This document shows positions 47,134 through 58,941 of a stretch of DNA of 64,000 nucleotides, piece by piece. The stretch comes from Eledone cirrhosa. Lineage: Eukaryota. Below the pieces are notes generated by a model. It was not told where the DNA came from. It saw only the letters and a program-made list of their open reading frames with translations, and made no database searches. Location: assembly GCA_964016885.1 (NCBI GenBank), contig OZ024765.1, forward strand, positions 23,188,001 to 23,252,000, written 5' to 3'. Both the position numbers and the translations under genes were made by a program. Each line of letters opens with the position of its first letter. Position 1 is the first letter of the stretch.

Positions 47134-48420
47134 TCTGTCTGTCTGTCCCTATGTCTGTCTGTCCCTATGTCTGTCTGTCTGTATGTCTGTCCCTATGTCT
47201 GTCTGTCTGTCCGTCTGTCTGTCTGTCTGTCTGTCCCTATGTCTGTCTGTCTGTCTGTCCCTATGTATGTCTGTCTGTCCCTATGTCTGTCTGTCTGTCT
47301 GTCCCTATGTCTGTCTGTCTGTCTGTCCCTATGTCTGTCTGTATGTTCCTATGTCTGTCTGTCTGTCCCTATGTCTGTCTGTCTGTCTGTCTGTCCCTAT
47401 GTCTGTCTGTCCGTCTGTCTGTCTGTCCCTATGTCTGTCTGTCTGTCTGTCCCTATGTCTGTCTGTCTGTCTGTCCCTATGTATGTCTGTCTGTCCCTAT
47501 GTCTGTCTGTCTGTCCCTATGTCTGTCTGTCTGTCTGTCCCTATGTCTGTCTGTCTGTCCGTCTGTCTGTCTGTCTGTCCGTCTGTCTGTCTGTCTGTCC
47601 CTATGTCTGTCTGTCTGTCCCTATGCCTGTCTGTCTGTCCCTATGTCTGTCTGTCTGTCCGTCTGTCCGTCTGTCTGTCCCTATGTCTGTCTGTCTGTCC
47701 CTATGTCTGTCTGTCTGTCTGTCTGTCCCTATGTCTGTCTGTCTGTCCCTATGTCTGTCTGTCTGTCCCTATGTCTGTCTGTATGTCCCTATGTCTGTCT
47801 GTCTGTCCCTCTGTCTGTCTGTCCGTCTGTCTGTCTGTCTGTCCCTATGTCTGTCTGTCTGTCCCTATGCCTGTCTGTCTGTCCCTATGTCTGTCTGTAT
47901 GTCCCTATGTCTGTCTGTCCCTATGCCTGTCTGTCTGTCCCTATGTCTGTCTGTCTGTCCCTCTGTCTGTATGTCCCTATGTCTGTCTGTCTGTCCCTAT
48001 GTCTGTCTGTCTGTCCCTATGTCTGTCTGTATGTCCCTATGTCTGTCTGTCTGTCCCTATGCCTGTCTGTCTGTCCCTATGCCTGTCTGTATGTCCCTAT
48101 GTCTGTCTGTCTGTCCCTATGTCTGTCTGTCTGTCCCTATGTCTGTCTGTATGTCCCTATGTCTGTCTGTATGTCCCTATGTCTGTCTGTATGTCCCTAT
48201 GTCTGTCTGTATGTCCCTATGTCTGTCTGTATGTCCCTATGTCTGTCTGTATGTCCCTATGCCTGTCTGTATGTCCCTATGTCTGTCTGTCTGTCCCTAT
48301 GCCTGTCTGTCTGTCCCTATGCCTGTCTGTCTGTCCCTATGTCTGTCTGTCTGTCCGTATGTATGTCTGTCTGTCCGTATGTATGTCTGTCTGTCCCTAT
48401 GTCTGTCTGTCTGTCTGTCT
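47134..48420. repeat. (GTCT)n-GTCCCTAT compound satellite
   Basis: Direct reading; same repeat at 54046-54117 and 57097-58766. Confidence 0.95.
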
Positions 48421-48595
48421 GAGGATAGTAGACGTGTTTCGTATCGCTCCGTGATTTGGATTTTTACCTGCTAATTTTGTGAGTGGATTTTTTTGAATTC
48501 TTTTGTATAATTAACTGTAACCCCTAGTCTGGGACTCTAGAGGTCGGGTAAATATATTTTCACCCCTTTTGGGGTGAAAAATAAATATTTTAGAA

Positions 48596-50359
48596 ATGTT
48601 TATCGATATCGTTGATAACGATATCGTCGAAAACGATATCGCCATATTGGAAGCGAACGCCACGCCGACCAAAAAAACAAGCGGGAAAGAGGGAACAACA
48701 GTTCAAACTGTTGAACGACCCCTCCTCTCCAATGAAAAAAAGAATTTCAATTCAAATGAAAAAATTAATTTTCAAGAAAAAAATAACACCACAAATAAGG
48801 AAACCAACAACATTACAACAACAAACAAAGACAAAATTTCTTTTGCCCAAACACTCAGGAGAGCCACGGAATACAAAGCCATTGACATTACGAATGCCAA
48901 GGAAAATTTGCTAGAGGCTAGAAAATACGTATCTTTTGGGGAGGATGGTTCTTTTACGATCAACTCCCCAGAAGAAGTGCGTGAACAGATTTACAAGAAT
49001 ACCGTAAGCTACAGAACCATAACCAACGAAACAAGAAAGCCAGCGCAATTGACCGAAAGTCAAATCGAGCTGGTTCTGAAAGAAATTAAAAATGACATAC
49101 TCTTTATTCAAAGAGGAAAGCTGTATGCCAGCATTATGGTCCGAATGAAGGACGAAATGCTGGCTCAGAAATATTCGGTGGCACCTATAGTGTCACCACA
49201 TTACACCTTCTTCCCCACATATAAAGGAAGAAGAACACAAAGGATAAGAATGTGGAGCCCTACGCCAGAAATTAACATCTGGTCCGTCCTAACAGGATTT
49301 ACCGACCTAGATAAGGACATACTAATTTCAGCAGGGGAGTCCACCAGTGGACTGTTCGGGGGGAAAAGTCTGGAGGTTCTCTTACAGATGACACCTGAGA
49401 GAATCTCCGGAATACCCGACCGAGTGCTACTGGATGGGCGAACCTACATAAATATCACAGTGGAAGGCAGGAGACCCTCATGTTACCACTGCGCTGGCAG
49501 AGGTCACCTGAGGACGGCCTGCCCTCTACTAACAACAAAAAAACCACTGCTACAAACACCACAACAACAACAAAAACAACCAGCACCACCATCACAAAAA
49601 CAACAAAATACACTACCATCTCCACCAGAACAACAAAAACCAACAACACCACCACCACCACCACCACAACAACAACAACAACAACAACAACATCAACAAC
49701 ATCTCAAGAAAACAACCCAAAACACGGTACCACCCAGCCCCACCCCACAGAACACAAATACAAAAACAGTTCATACACAACCCGGAGATATACCCCTCCC
49801 CTCCAATACGGAAGAGGAGCTCATATCGTCGGAAGACGAGGGGGCTCCCTTCCAAAAAGTGAAAAGAAAAAAACGTACACACACCACACAAACAAAAATA
49901 ACCCCACCTGACAACACAACACAGACAATAAAACGCAAACTCACTCAACAACAAGCAGAAACAAACACAACACAAAAACTCTACACATACATAAACAAAA
50001 ACAATGAAAACCTAACTTTTAAAATAGAAACCAACCCTTCGATACAAACCGAAGGGCCGAATTTCGTAACGGCAATGGGGCTCCCTAACCTGAAAATGGT
50101 GAAAATCCCACTTGACATTTTTAAAACTTTAAAAGACATGTACCCTGAGGACGTGGGCCCACCCTGCACCAGGCCACTCAACCGCGTCCTCCTGAAAGGT
50201 TTTCCCCTCCCCTCCTCAAACACCCACACGACTCCAAAGATCCCAACCCCTCCACACACCAATACCCCCACACCACCACAAACCACCACGCCACCCATCA
50301 ACCCCGCCACCAGCCCCATGGAAACTGAGCGACCCGAACCCCGGGACGCAGAGAGGTAA
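48596..50359 (+). CDS. LINE ORF1p, gag-like with CCHC zinc knuckle
   Basis: 587 aa; CYHCAGRGHLRTAC followed by a P/Q/T-rich region. Confidence 0.88.
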   Translation: MFIDIVDNDIVENDIAILEANATPTKKTSGKEGTTVQTVERPLLSNEKKNFNSNEKINFQEKNNTTNKETNNITTTNKDKISFAQTLRRATEYKAIDITNAKENLLEARKYVSFGEDGSFTINSPEEVREQIYKNTVSYRTITNETRKPAQLTESQIELVLKEIKNDILFIQRGKLYASIMVRMKDEMLAQKYSVAPIVSPHYTFFPTYKGRRTQRIRMWSPTPEINIWSVLTGFTDLDKDILISAGESTSGLFGGKSLEVLLQMTPERISGIPDRVLLDGRTYINITVEGRRPSCYHCAGRGHLRTACPLLTTKKPLLQTPQQQQKQPAPPSQKQQNTLPSPPEQQKPTTPPPPPPQQQQQQQQHQQHLKKTTQNTVPPSPTPQNTNTKTVHTQPGDIPLPSNTEEELISSEDEGAPFQKVKRKKRTHTTQTKITPPDNTTQTIKRKLTQQQAETNTTQKLYTYINKNNENLTFKIETNPSIQTEGPNFVTAMGLPNLKMVKIPLDIFKTLKDMYPEDVGPPCTRPLNRVLLKGFPLPSSNTHTTPKIPTPPHTNTPTPPQTTTPPINPATSPMETERPEPRDAER

Positions 50360-50382
50360 GTGCCTCTTTCTTTGCCACCAAC

Positions 50383-53300
50383 ATGGCTGTCTTAAGAGTA
50401 GGTTGTCTAAATGCGCGTGGCCTGGGCTCACCTTGGAAGCAAGCTAAACTTCTAAGTGACCTCAGGTCACAATGTATAAATGTGATGGTTATTTGCGAGG
50501 CCCGGATCAGCAGCATGCGACAGCTAACCCCCACCTTTGATGACTTTGAGATGCACGCATCTCTCTGTCAGCCTGGAGGTGGGGGTGGGGTTGTCGTTCT
50601 GCTGCAAAAACATCTGGGTCTCGCTACACAGACGGTACACTTGGACCCGGAGGGTCGACTCGTGGTTCTGGACCTTGGCAATGGCGAAGGCGAAGCTTTT
50701 AGGCTTGTCGCCGTATACGCCCCTTTTGGGGCAATGCGGTCGGACTTCTTCCATCGTCTGGAGACTTTTCTAGGGACGTCCCGCTCCTTGCTTTTAGTGG
50801 GGGACTGGAATGGTATCCTAGATGCACGTTGGGACTATGTAGGGGCATGTCCCGATAGAGGGGGGTGTAACAGCCTTAAGGGGTTAATCGGCCGATTCGA
50901 CCTGGCCGATAGATACCGACTAGATTTTCCGACTGTACCAACCTGGACCTGGTCAAATAACAGTGGTCAATCTAGATCGTACCTAGATAGGTTCTTAGTT
51001 AGAATTAAGGATAGGGACTTTTTAAGTTGTCCAGAAATGCTCATGGTGGGCTATTCAGACCAGAAGTTAGTGACCTGCGTAGTCCACCTTGATAGAACGC
51101 ATAGGCAGGGGCCCGGTTACTGGAAGCTCAACTTGTCCTTACCGGCAAGTAGAGCTTACAGGGACCGGATTAGAACCTTAGTTAAGGAGCAGTTGACGGG
51201 CGCCATTGTCAACAGCAGGTGGTGGGGCTCTCTAAAAAGAGAGATTAGAGTAGTTTCAATAGGAGTTAGTAAGGAGTTAGCCTCAGATAGAAATAGGAAG
51301 GAAAGGGAGTTGGTAGTTAATGTTGAAGAGGCAATGAGAAGCGGCAACGTGGCCAGAGTGCAAGCGTCGAGAACGGTCTTGAACCAGTTCTTCGACGCGA
51401 AACACGAAGGCTGCGTTGTCCGAAGCAAAATACGTGCTCTGGGAAACGAGGCGACCAAAGCTGTTAGCTGGGCCCGCGTGACAGAAGCGAAAAGTGGGAT
51501 TAAATCCACTATCCGGTCTTTGCGAGACCAGGATGGACGGCTGATCCTTGAACCTAAGCAAATGTGCGAGGCCTTTCAAAGGCACTTTGCCGAATTGTTC
51601 GGGAGGGGCGGGGAGCCGGTTGGAGATGTGGATTTCGGTCCATACCTCGACGGTCTGCCGCGTCTTTCGGACAGGGAGGCGAGGTCCTGCGAAGGGCCGA
51701 TCTCAGCTGCTGAAATAGGGGACGTGCTGAGCCTATGCGGCAAACGCAAATCTCCAGGACTCGATGGTCTGCCCTACGAACTATATATTAATATGCCGGA
51801 CTTGTTCCCCGATCTCCTCGAGGCGGTCTACTGCAACTGGCAACAGAACGGGAGAATTCCCTGTTCTGTGACCAAGGGCGTAGTCTCGCTAGTGAGGAAG
51901 GACGAGAACAAGGGGGATGACATTAGTAATTTTAGGCCCATAACTCTGCTAAATGCAGAGTTAAAGATTTTGGCGAAGGTGTTAGCGAAGAGGTTGGCGC
52001 TTGTCGTGGGGGGCCTGGTGGGAGATGCGCAGACATGCGCTATCCCGTCCAGGTCCATCCACGACAACCTCCACCTCATGCGATACATCATAGAGAGGGT
52101 TGGGAACGAACCCGGCTTTGGTGGGGCCCTGATAAATTTAGATCAGTCTAAAGCGTTCGATAGGGTGGACCATGGTTACCTGGATGCGGTGCTAGCGGCG
52201 GCTGGGTTCGGACCCGTTTTCAGGGGCTGGATCACTGCCATGCACAGCAGCCGCATCTGCTCTAGAGTCAAGGTGAACGGCTACCTTTCGGAGCCGTTCG
52301 AAATCACCCGCTCCATCCGACAGGGATGCACTCTCTCCTCCCTTCTGTATGTATTGACTCTCGAGCCATTACTGCGGAAGTTGGAGTTGTTGCAGGGCAT
52401 CCCTTTGGAACCGGGATTGCGCAAAGCGGTGTCGGCCTACGCCGATGACGTAACAGTAATGGTGTCGACCACCTCGGAAATCGAGGCAATCGGCACCTTA
52501 CTGGAGGAGTACGAAAGATTGACAGGGGCTAAGCTGAACCGGGACAAGTCAGTCGCTTTGCAACTCGGCGAGTGGAGGGGCAAAGCGATGTCGTGCGACG
52601 GTATCGTCGGACGGTGGACGGAGGGCCCGGTGAAGTTGCTTGGGGTCTGGTTCGGACCTGACCTCCAGGTGGAGAAAAACTGGGGTGAGGTGACGAATAG
52701 GGTGTTTGCACTGACCCAGAAGTGGGCCGAGTGCAAACTATCCCTAAAAGGTCGGGCGGAGGTGGCGAATGCTTACATAGCGTCCGTCATCTATTACCGC
52801 TTGACTGTCGTGCCTTGCCCGGGTGAGATCCTCGCCAAAATGGAGCGCGCCCTCTTTTATTTCCTTTGGAAGAAGAGGTCTCCTCTGGTGAGGAGATCCA
52901 TCTGCTGTCAACACCCTTTGAAAGGAGGGCTGGGGATGCTGTGGCTAAAAATGCGTAAACACGCATTGAGGCTAAGGCACCTCCACGTATTCCTCACCGG
53001 TCAACCGGTGTGGGCCCCGTTTGTGAGGCGAGCCTTCCCGAGGCTTGTCTCGCTCACCGAGCTGCAGTCCTGGGTGAAGCAAAGACCGAGAAAACTGGGC
53101 GACTGGCACACCGAGTGTGCCCAGGCGCTCACGGCTCTCTGGCAGGCGGACCCGGCTATCGACGGAGACTCCACCTCGTCATTCTATAGAGGGCTGGTGG
53201 TTAGCGGGTGCGACGATGCCCTCGGAGAAACCCTAGGCATGGAGGAGGACGAACTGGCCAGTCTATTCGGTAGGACTTTCGGCCCGGGACCTATGGACAA

Positions 53301-53901
53301 CTTCCAGAAGTCCTTGGCCTGGCAGTGCTACCGAGGGGCTCTGCCCGTTCGGGATAAGCTCTACAGACACGGGCGCCCGGGTAGGGACCCCTCGAAAAAG
53401 ATCTGTCCCAGATGCGTGCACGACGAGGAAACCGTCGCGCACGCATTGGTGCATTGCCCGGGCGTTGCCGATCTGTGGGGCTATGTCGAACAACTGCTGT
53501 CACGGGTGGGACCAATTAGGTTGACCACCGAGTCCATTGTAACGATCAAGCCGCCTCCCCCCTTCAAAAATGAAGGAGAGGCGGTCTTCCTCTGTGTAAT
53601 AGCCATGGTAAAAGAGGTTATATGGTGGACGCGTCTGAAAGGGCTGAGGTCGGACACCTTTCTCTACGGCCAACAACTGGTCCTTTTTTTCCGATACCAT
53701 TTCGGAAGAAGGATTAGAATGGAGAGAGAGGTGCTCCACTCCAGCAAGTTTTATGAAAGGTGGGTGAAAGTTACGAGAATGGCCCGTGTGAATGGGCCTT
53801 CTCTCTACCTCAGCCTGTGGGTGGAACAGAAAGAAGGGAGCACCCTCTCTTTGTGCTCCCGTGGAGAAGGGTCGCACACTTTTTTTCGGGGGTGTGTGTG
53901 A
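50383..53901 (+). CDS. LINE ORF2p: APE endonuclease, RT, zf-RVT
   Basis: LNARGL, AVYAP, GDWN, SYLDR, GPGYWKLN, KSPGLDGL, FRPITLLN, LDQSKAFDRV, AYADD, CPRC..ETVAHALVHC. Confidence 0.95.
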   Translation: MAVLRVGCLNARGLGSPWKQAKLLSDLRSQCINVMVICEARISSMRQLTPTFDDFEMHASLCQPGGGGGVVVLLQKHLGLATQTVHLDPEGRLVVLDLGNGEGEAFRLVAVYAPFGAMRSDFFHRLETFLGTSRSLLLVGDWNGILDARWDYVGACPDRGGCNSLKGLIGRFDLADRYRLDFPTVPTWTWSNNSGQSRSYLDRFLVRIKDRDFLSCPEMLMVGYSDQKLVTCVVHLDRTHRQGPGYWKLNLSLPASRAYRDRIRTLVKEQLTGAIVNSRWWGSLKREIRVVSIGVSKELASDRNRKERELVVNVEEAMRSGNVARVQASRTVLNQFFDAKHEGCVVRSKIRALGNEATKAVSWARVTEAKSGIKSTIRSLRDQDGRLILEPKQMCEAFQRHFAELFGRGGEPVGDVDFGPYLDGLPRLSDREARSCEGPISAAEIGDVLSLCGKRKSPGLDGLPYELYINMPDLFPDLLEAVYCNWQQNGRIPCSVTKGVVSLVRKDENKGDDISNFRPITLLNAELKILAKVLAKRLALVVGGLVGDAQTCAIPSRSIHDNLHLMRYIIERVGNEPGFGGALINLDQSKAFDRVDHGYLDAVLAAAGFGPVFRGWITAMHSSRICSRVKVNGYLSEPFEITRSIRQGCTLSSLLYVLTLEPLLRKLELLQGIPLEPGLRKAVSAYADDVTVMVSTTSEIEAIGTLLEEYERLTGAKLNRDKSVALQLGEWRGKAMSCDGIVGRWTEGPVKLLGVWFGPDLQVEKNWGEVTNRVFALTQKWAECKLSLKGRAEVANAYIASVIYYRLTVVPCPGEILAKMERALFYFLWKKRSPLVRRSICCQHPLKGGLGMLWLKMRKHALRLRHLHVFLTGQPVWAPFVRRAFPRLVSLTELQSWVKQRPRKLGDWHTECAQALTALWQADPAIDGDSTSSFYRGLVVSGCDDALGETLGMEEDELASLFGRTFGPGPMDNFQKSLAWQCYRGALPVRDKLYRHGRPGRDPSKKICPRCVHDEETVAHALVHCPGVADLWGYVEQLLSRVGPIRLTTESIVTIKPPPPFKNEGEAVFLCVIAMVKEVIWWTRLKGLRSDTFLYGQQLVLFFRYHFGRRIRMEREVLHSSKFYERWVKVTRMARVNGPSLYLSLWVEQKEGSTLSLCSRGEGSHTFFRGCV

Positions 53902-54117
53902 CCCCAAAACGATTCCTCCCTATTGAAGACCTTCTTGTTATTATTTTGTTTGTTATATTTTTCTTACTCGATTTTTATGTAAACTCCCCCCACCCATGTA
54001 AATGTCCCTTTCTTTTGTGCCCTAGTGGCAAATAAACAGAAATTTGTCTCTCTGTCCCTATGTCTGTCTGTCTGTCTGTCCCTATGTCTGTCTGTCTGTC
54101 CCTATGTCTGTCTGTAT

Positions 54118-57096
54118 GTTAGTGACCTGCGTAGTCCACCTTGATAGAACGCATAGGCAGGGGCCCGGTTACTGGAAGCTCAACTTGTCCTTACCGGCAA
54201 GTAGAGCTTACAGGGACCGGATTAGAACCTTAGTTAAGGAGCAGTTGACGGGCGCCATCGTCAACAACAGGTGGTGGGGCTCTCTAAAAAGAGAGATTAG
54301 AGTAGTTTCAATAGGAGTTAGTAAGGAGTTAGCCTCAGATAGAAATAGGAAGGAAAGGGAGTTGGTAGTTAATGTTGAAGAGGCAATGAGAAGCGGCAAC
54401 GTGGCCAGAGTGCAAGCGTCGAGAACGGTCTTGAACCAGTTCTTCGACGCGAAACACGAAGGCTGCGTTGTCCGAAGCAAAATACGTGCTCTGGGAAACG
54501 AGGGGACCAAAGCTGTTAGCTGGGCCCGCGTGACAGAAGCGAAAAGTGGGATTAAATCCACTATCCGGTCTTTGCGAGACCAGGATGGACGGCTGATCCT
54601 TGAACCTAAGCAAATGTGCGAGGCCTTTCAAAGGCACTTTGCCCAATTGTTCGGGAGGGGCGGGGAGCCGGTTGGAGATGTGGATTTCGGTCCATACCTC
54701 GACGGCCTGCCGCGTCTTTCGGACAGGGAGGCGAGGTCCTGCGACGGGCCGATCTCAGCTGCTGAAATAGGGGACGTGCTGAGCCTATGCGGCAAACGCA
54801 AATCTCCAGGACTCGATGGTCTGCCCTACGAACTATATATTAATATGCCGGACTTGTTCCCCGATCTCCTCGAGGCGGTCTACTGCAACTGGCAACAGAA
54901 CGGGAGAATTCCCTGTTCTGTGACCAAGGGCGTAGTCTCGCTAGTGAGGAAGGACGAGAACAAGGGGGATGACATTAGTAATTTTAGGCCCATAACTCTG
55001 CTAAATGCAGAGCTAAAGATTTTGGCGAAGGTGTTAGCGAAGAGGTTGGCGCTTGTCGTGGGGGGTCTGGTGGGAGATGCGCAGACATGCGCTATCCCGT
55101 CCAGGTCCATCCACGACAACCTCCACCTCATGCGATACATCATAGAGAGGGTTGGGAACGAACCCGGCTTTGGTGGGGCCCTGATAAATTTAGATCAGTC
55201 TAAAGCGTTCGATAGGGTGGACCATGGTTACCTGGATGCGGTGCTAGCGGCGGCTGGGTTCGGACCCGTTTTCAGGGGCTGGATCACTGCCATGCACAGC
55301 AGCCGCATCTGCTCTAGAGTCAAGGTGAACGGCTACCTTTCGGAGCCGTTCGAAATCACCCGCTCCATCCGACAGGGATGCACTCTCTCCTCCCTTCTGT
55401 ATGTATTGACTCTCGAGCCATTACTGCGGAAGTTGGAGTTGTTGCAGGGCATCCCTTTGGAACCGGGATTGCGCAAAGCGGTGTCGGCCTACGCCGATGA
55501 CGTAACAGTAATGGTGTCGACCGCCTCGGAAATCGAGGCGATCGGCACCTTACTAGAGGAGTACGAAAGGTTGACAGGGGCTAAGCTGAATCGGGACAAG
55601 TCAGTCGCTTTGCAACTCGGCGAGTGGAGGGGCAAAGCGATGTTGTGCGACGGTATCGTCGGACGGTGGACGGAGGGCCCGGTGAAGTTGCTTGGGGTCT
55701 GGTTCGGACCGGACCTCCAGGTGGAGAAAAACTGGGGTGAGGTGACGAATAGGGTGTTTGCACTGACCCAGAAGTGGGCCGAGTGCAAACTATCCCTAAA
55801 AGGTCGGGCGGAGGTGGCGAACGCTTACATAGCGTCCGTCATCTATTACCGCTTGACTGTCGTGCCTTGCCCGGGTGAGATCCTCGCCAAAATGGAGCGC
55901 GCCCTCTTTTATTTCCTTTGGAAGAAGAGGTCTGCTCTAGTGAGGAGATCCATCTGCTGTCAACACCCTTTGAAAGGAGGGCTGGGGATGCCGTGGCTAA
56001 AAATGCGTAAACACGCATTGAGGCTAAGGCACCTCCACGTATTCCTCACCGGTCAACCGGTGTGGGCCCCGTTTGTGAGGCGAGCCTTCCCGAGGCTCGT
56101 CTCGCTCACCGAGCTGCAGTCCTGGGTGAAGCAAAGACCGAGAAAACTGGGCGACTGGCACACCGAGTGTGCCCAGGCGCTCACGGCTCTCTGGCAGGCG
56201 GACCCGGCTATCGACGGAGACTCCACCTCGTCATTCTATAGAGGGCTGGTGGTTAGCGGGTGCGACGACGCCCTCGGAGAAGCCCTAGGCATGGAGGAGG
56301 ACGAACTGGCCAGTCTATTCGGTAGGACTTTCGGCCCGGGACCTATGGACAACTTCCAGAAGTCCTTGGCCTGGCAGTGCTACCGAGGGGCTCTGCCCGT
56401 TCGGGATAAGCTCTACAGACATGGGCGTCCGGGTAGGGACCCCTCGAAAAAGATCTGTCCCAGATGCGTGCGCGACGAGGAAACCGTCGCGCACGCATTG
56501 GTGCACTGCCCGGGCGTTGCCGATCTGTGGGGCTATGTCGAACGACTGCTGTCACGGGTGGGACCAATTAGGTTGACCACCGAGTCCATTGTAACGATCA
56601 AGCCGCCTCCCCCCTTCAAAAATGAAGGAGAGGCGGTCTTCCTCTGTGTAATAGCCATGGTAAAAGAGGCTATATGGTGGACGCGTCTGAAAGGGCTGAG
56701 GTCGGACACCTTTCTCTCCGGCCAACAACTGGTCCTTTTCTTCCGATACCATTTCGGAAGAAGGATCAGGATGGAGAGAGAGGTGCTCCACTCCAGCCAG
56801 TTTTATGAAAGGTGGGTGAAAGTTGCGAGAATGGCCCGTGTGAATGGGCCTTCTCTCTACCTCAGCCTGTAGGTGGAACAGAAAGGAGGGAGCACCCTCT
56901 CTTTGTGCTCCCGTGGAGAAGGGTCGCACACTTTTTTCGGGGGTGTGTGTGACCCCAAAACGATCCCTCCCTATTGAGGACCTTCTTGTTATTATTTTGT
57001 TTGTTATATTTTTCTTACTCGATTTTTATGTAAACTCCCCCCACCCATGTACATGTCCCTTTCTTTTGTGCCCTAGTGGCAAATAAACAGAAATTT
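54118..57096 (+). mobile_element. Tx1-type LINE copy 2, 5'-truncated at the end of the endonuclease domain
   Basis: Begins at gttagtgacctgc (equivalent to 51066 of copy 1); ORF open to TAG at 56870-56872; same 3' end. Confidence 0.93.
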
Positions 57097-58766
57097 GTCT
57101 GTCCCTATGTATGTCTGTCTGTCCCTATGTATGTCTGTCTGTCCCTATGTCTGTCTGTCTGTCCCTATGTCTGTCTGTCTGTCCCTATGTCTGTCTGTAT
57201 GTCCCTATGTCTGTCTGTCTGTCCCTGTGTTTGTCTGTCTGTATGTCCCTATGCCTGTCTGTCTGTCTTTATGTCTGTCTGTATGTTCCTATGTCTGTCT
57301 GTCTGTCCCTATGTCTGTCTGTCTGTCTGTCCCTATGTATGTCTGTCTGTCCCTATGTCTGTCTGTCTGTCCCTATGTCTGTCTGTCTGTCCCTATGTCT
57401 GTCTGTATGTCCCTATGTCTGTCTGTCTGTCCCTATGTCTGTCTGTATGTTCCTATGTCTGTCTGTCTGTCCCTATGTCTGTCTGTCTGTCTGTCCCTAT
57501 GTATGTCTGTCTGTCCCTATGTATGTCTGTCTGTCCCTATGTCTGTCTGTCTGTCCCTATGCCTGTCTGTCTGTCCCTATGCCTGTCTGTCTGTCCCTAT
57601 GTATGTCTGTCTGTCCCTATGTATGTCTGTCCCTATGTATGTCTGTCTGTCCCTATGTCTGTCTGTCTGTCCCTATGTCTGTCTGTCTGTCCCTATGTCT
57701 GTCTGTCTGTCCCTATGTCTGTCTGTCTGTCCCTATGTCTGTCTGTCCCTATGTCTGTCTGTCTGTCCCTATGTCTGTCTGTCCCTATGTCTGTCTGTCT
57801 GTCCCTATGTCTGTCTGTCTGTCCCTATGTATGTCTGTCCCTATGTCTGTCTGTCTGTCCCTATGTCTGTCTGTCCCTATGTATGTCTGTCCCTATGTCT
57901 GTCTGTCTGTCCCTATGTATGTCTGTCTGTCCCTGTCTGTCTGTCTGTCCCTATGTCTGTCTGTCTGTCCCTATGTCTGTCTGTCTGTCCCTATGTCTGT
58001 CTGTCTGTCCCTATGTATGTCTGTCTGTCTGTCCCTATGTATGTCTGTCCCTATGTCTGTCTGTCTGTCCCTATGTCTGTCTGTCCCTATGTCTGTCTGT
58101 CCCTATGTCTGTCTGTCTGTCCCTATGTCTGTCTGTCCCTATGTCTGTCTGTCTGTCCCTATGTTTGTCTGTCTGTATGTCCCTATGTCTGTCTGTCTGT
58201 CCCTATGTATGTCTGTCCCTATGTCTGTCTGTCCCTATGTATGTCTGTCCCTATGTCTGTCTGTCTGTCCCTATGTCTGTCTGTCTGTCCCTATGTATGT
58301 CTGTCCCTATGTCTGTCTGTCTGTCCCTATGTATGTCTGTCCCTATGTCTGTCTGTCTGTCCCTATGTCTGTCTGTCTGTCTGTCCCTATGTTTGTCTGT
58401 CTGTCTGTCCCTATGTATGTCTGTCCCTATGTATGTCTGTCCCTATGTCTGTCTGTCTGTCCCTATGTCTGTCTGTCTGTCCCTATGTATGTCTGTCCCT
58501 ATGTCTGTCTGTCTGTCCCTATGTATGTCTGTCCCTATGTCTGTCTGTCTGTCCCTATGTCTGTCTGTCTGTCCCTATGTCTGTCTGTCCCTATGTCTGT
58601 CTGTCTGTCCCTATGTTTGTCTGTCTGTATGTCCCTATGTCTGTCTGTCTGTCCCTATGTATGTCTGTCCCTATGTATGTCTGTCTGTCCTTATGTCTGT
58701 CTGTCCCTATGTCTGTCTGTCTGTCCCTATGTATGTCTGTCCCTATGTCTGTCTGTCTGTCTGTCT
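57097..58766. repeat. (GTCT)n-GTCCCTAT compound satellite
   Basis: Direct reading. Confidence 0.95.
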
Positions 58767-58941
58767 GAGGATAGTAGACGTGTGTCATATCGCTCTGTGA
58801 TTTGGATTTTTACCTGCTAATTTTGTGAGTGGATTTTTTTGAATTATTTTGTATAATTAACTGTAACCCCTAGTCTGGGACTCTAGACGTCGGGTAAATA
58901 TATTTTCACCCCTTTTGGGGTGAAAAATAATTATTTGAGAA

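Larger units (their letters stand above)
48421..54045 (+). mobile_element. Tx1/L1-clade LINE, full-length copy 1
   Basis: 175-bp 5' UTR, ORF1, ORF2, 3' UTR ending AATAAACAGAAATTT. Confidence 0.93.

Noticed and set aside
46917-48474. CLSV-repeat ORFs (also 57076-58820 and the N-terminus of 54044..56872)
   Set aside because: Translations of (GTCT)n; the real exon ends at the donor at 47109
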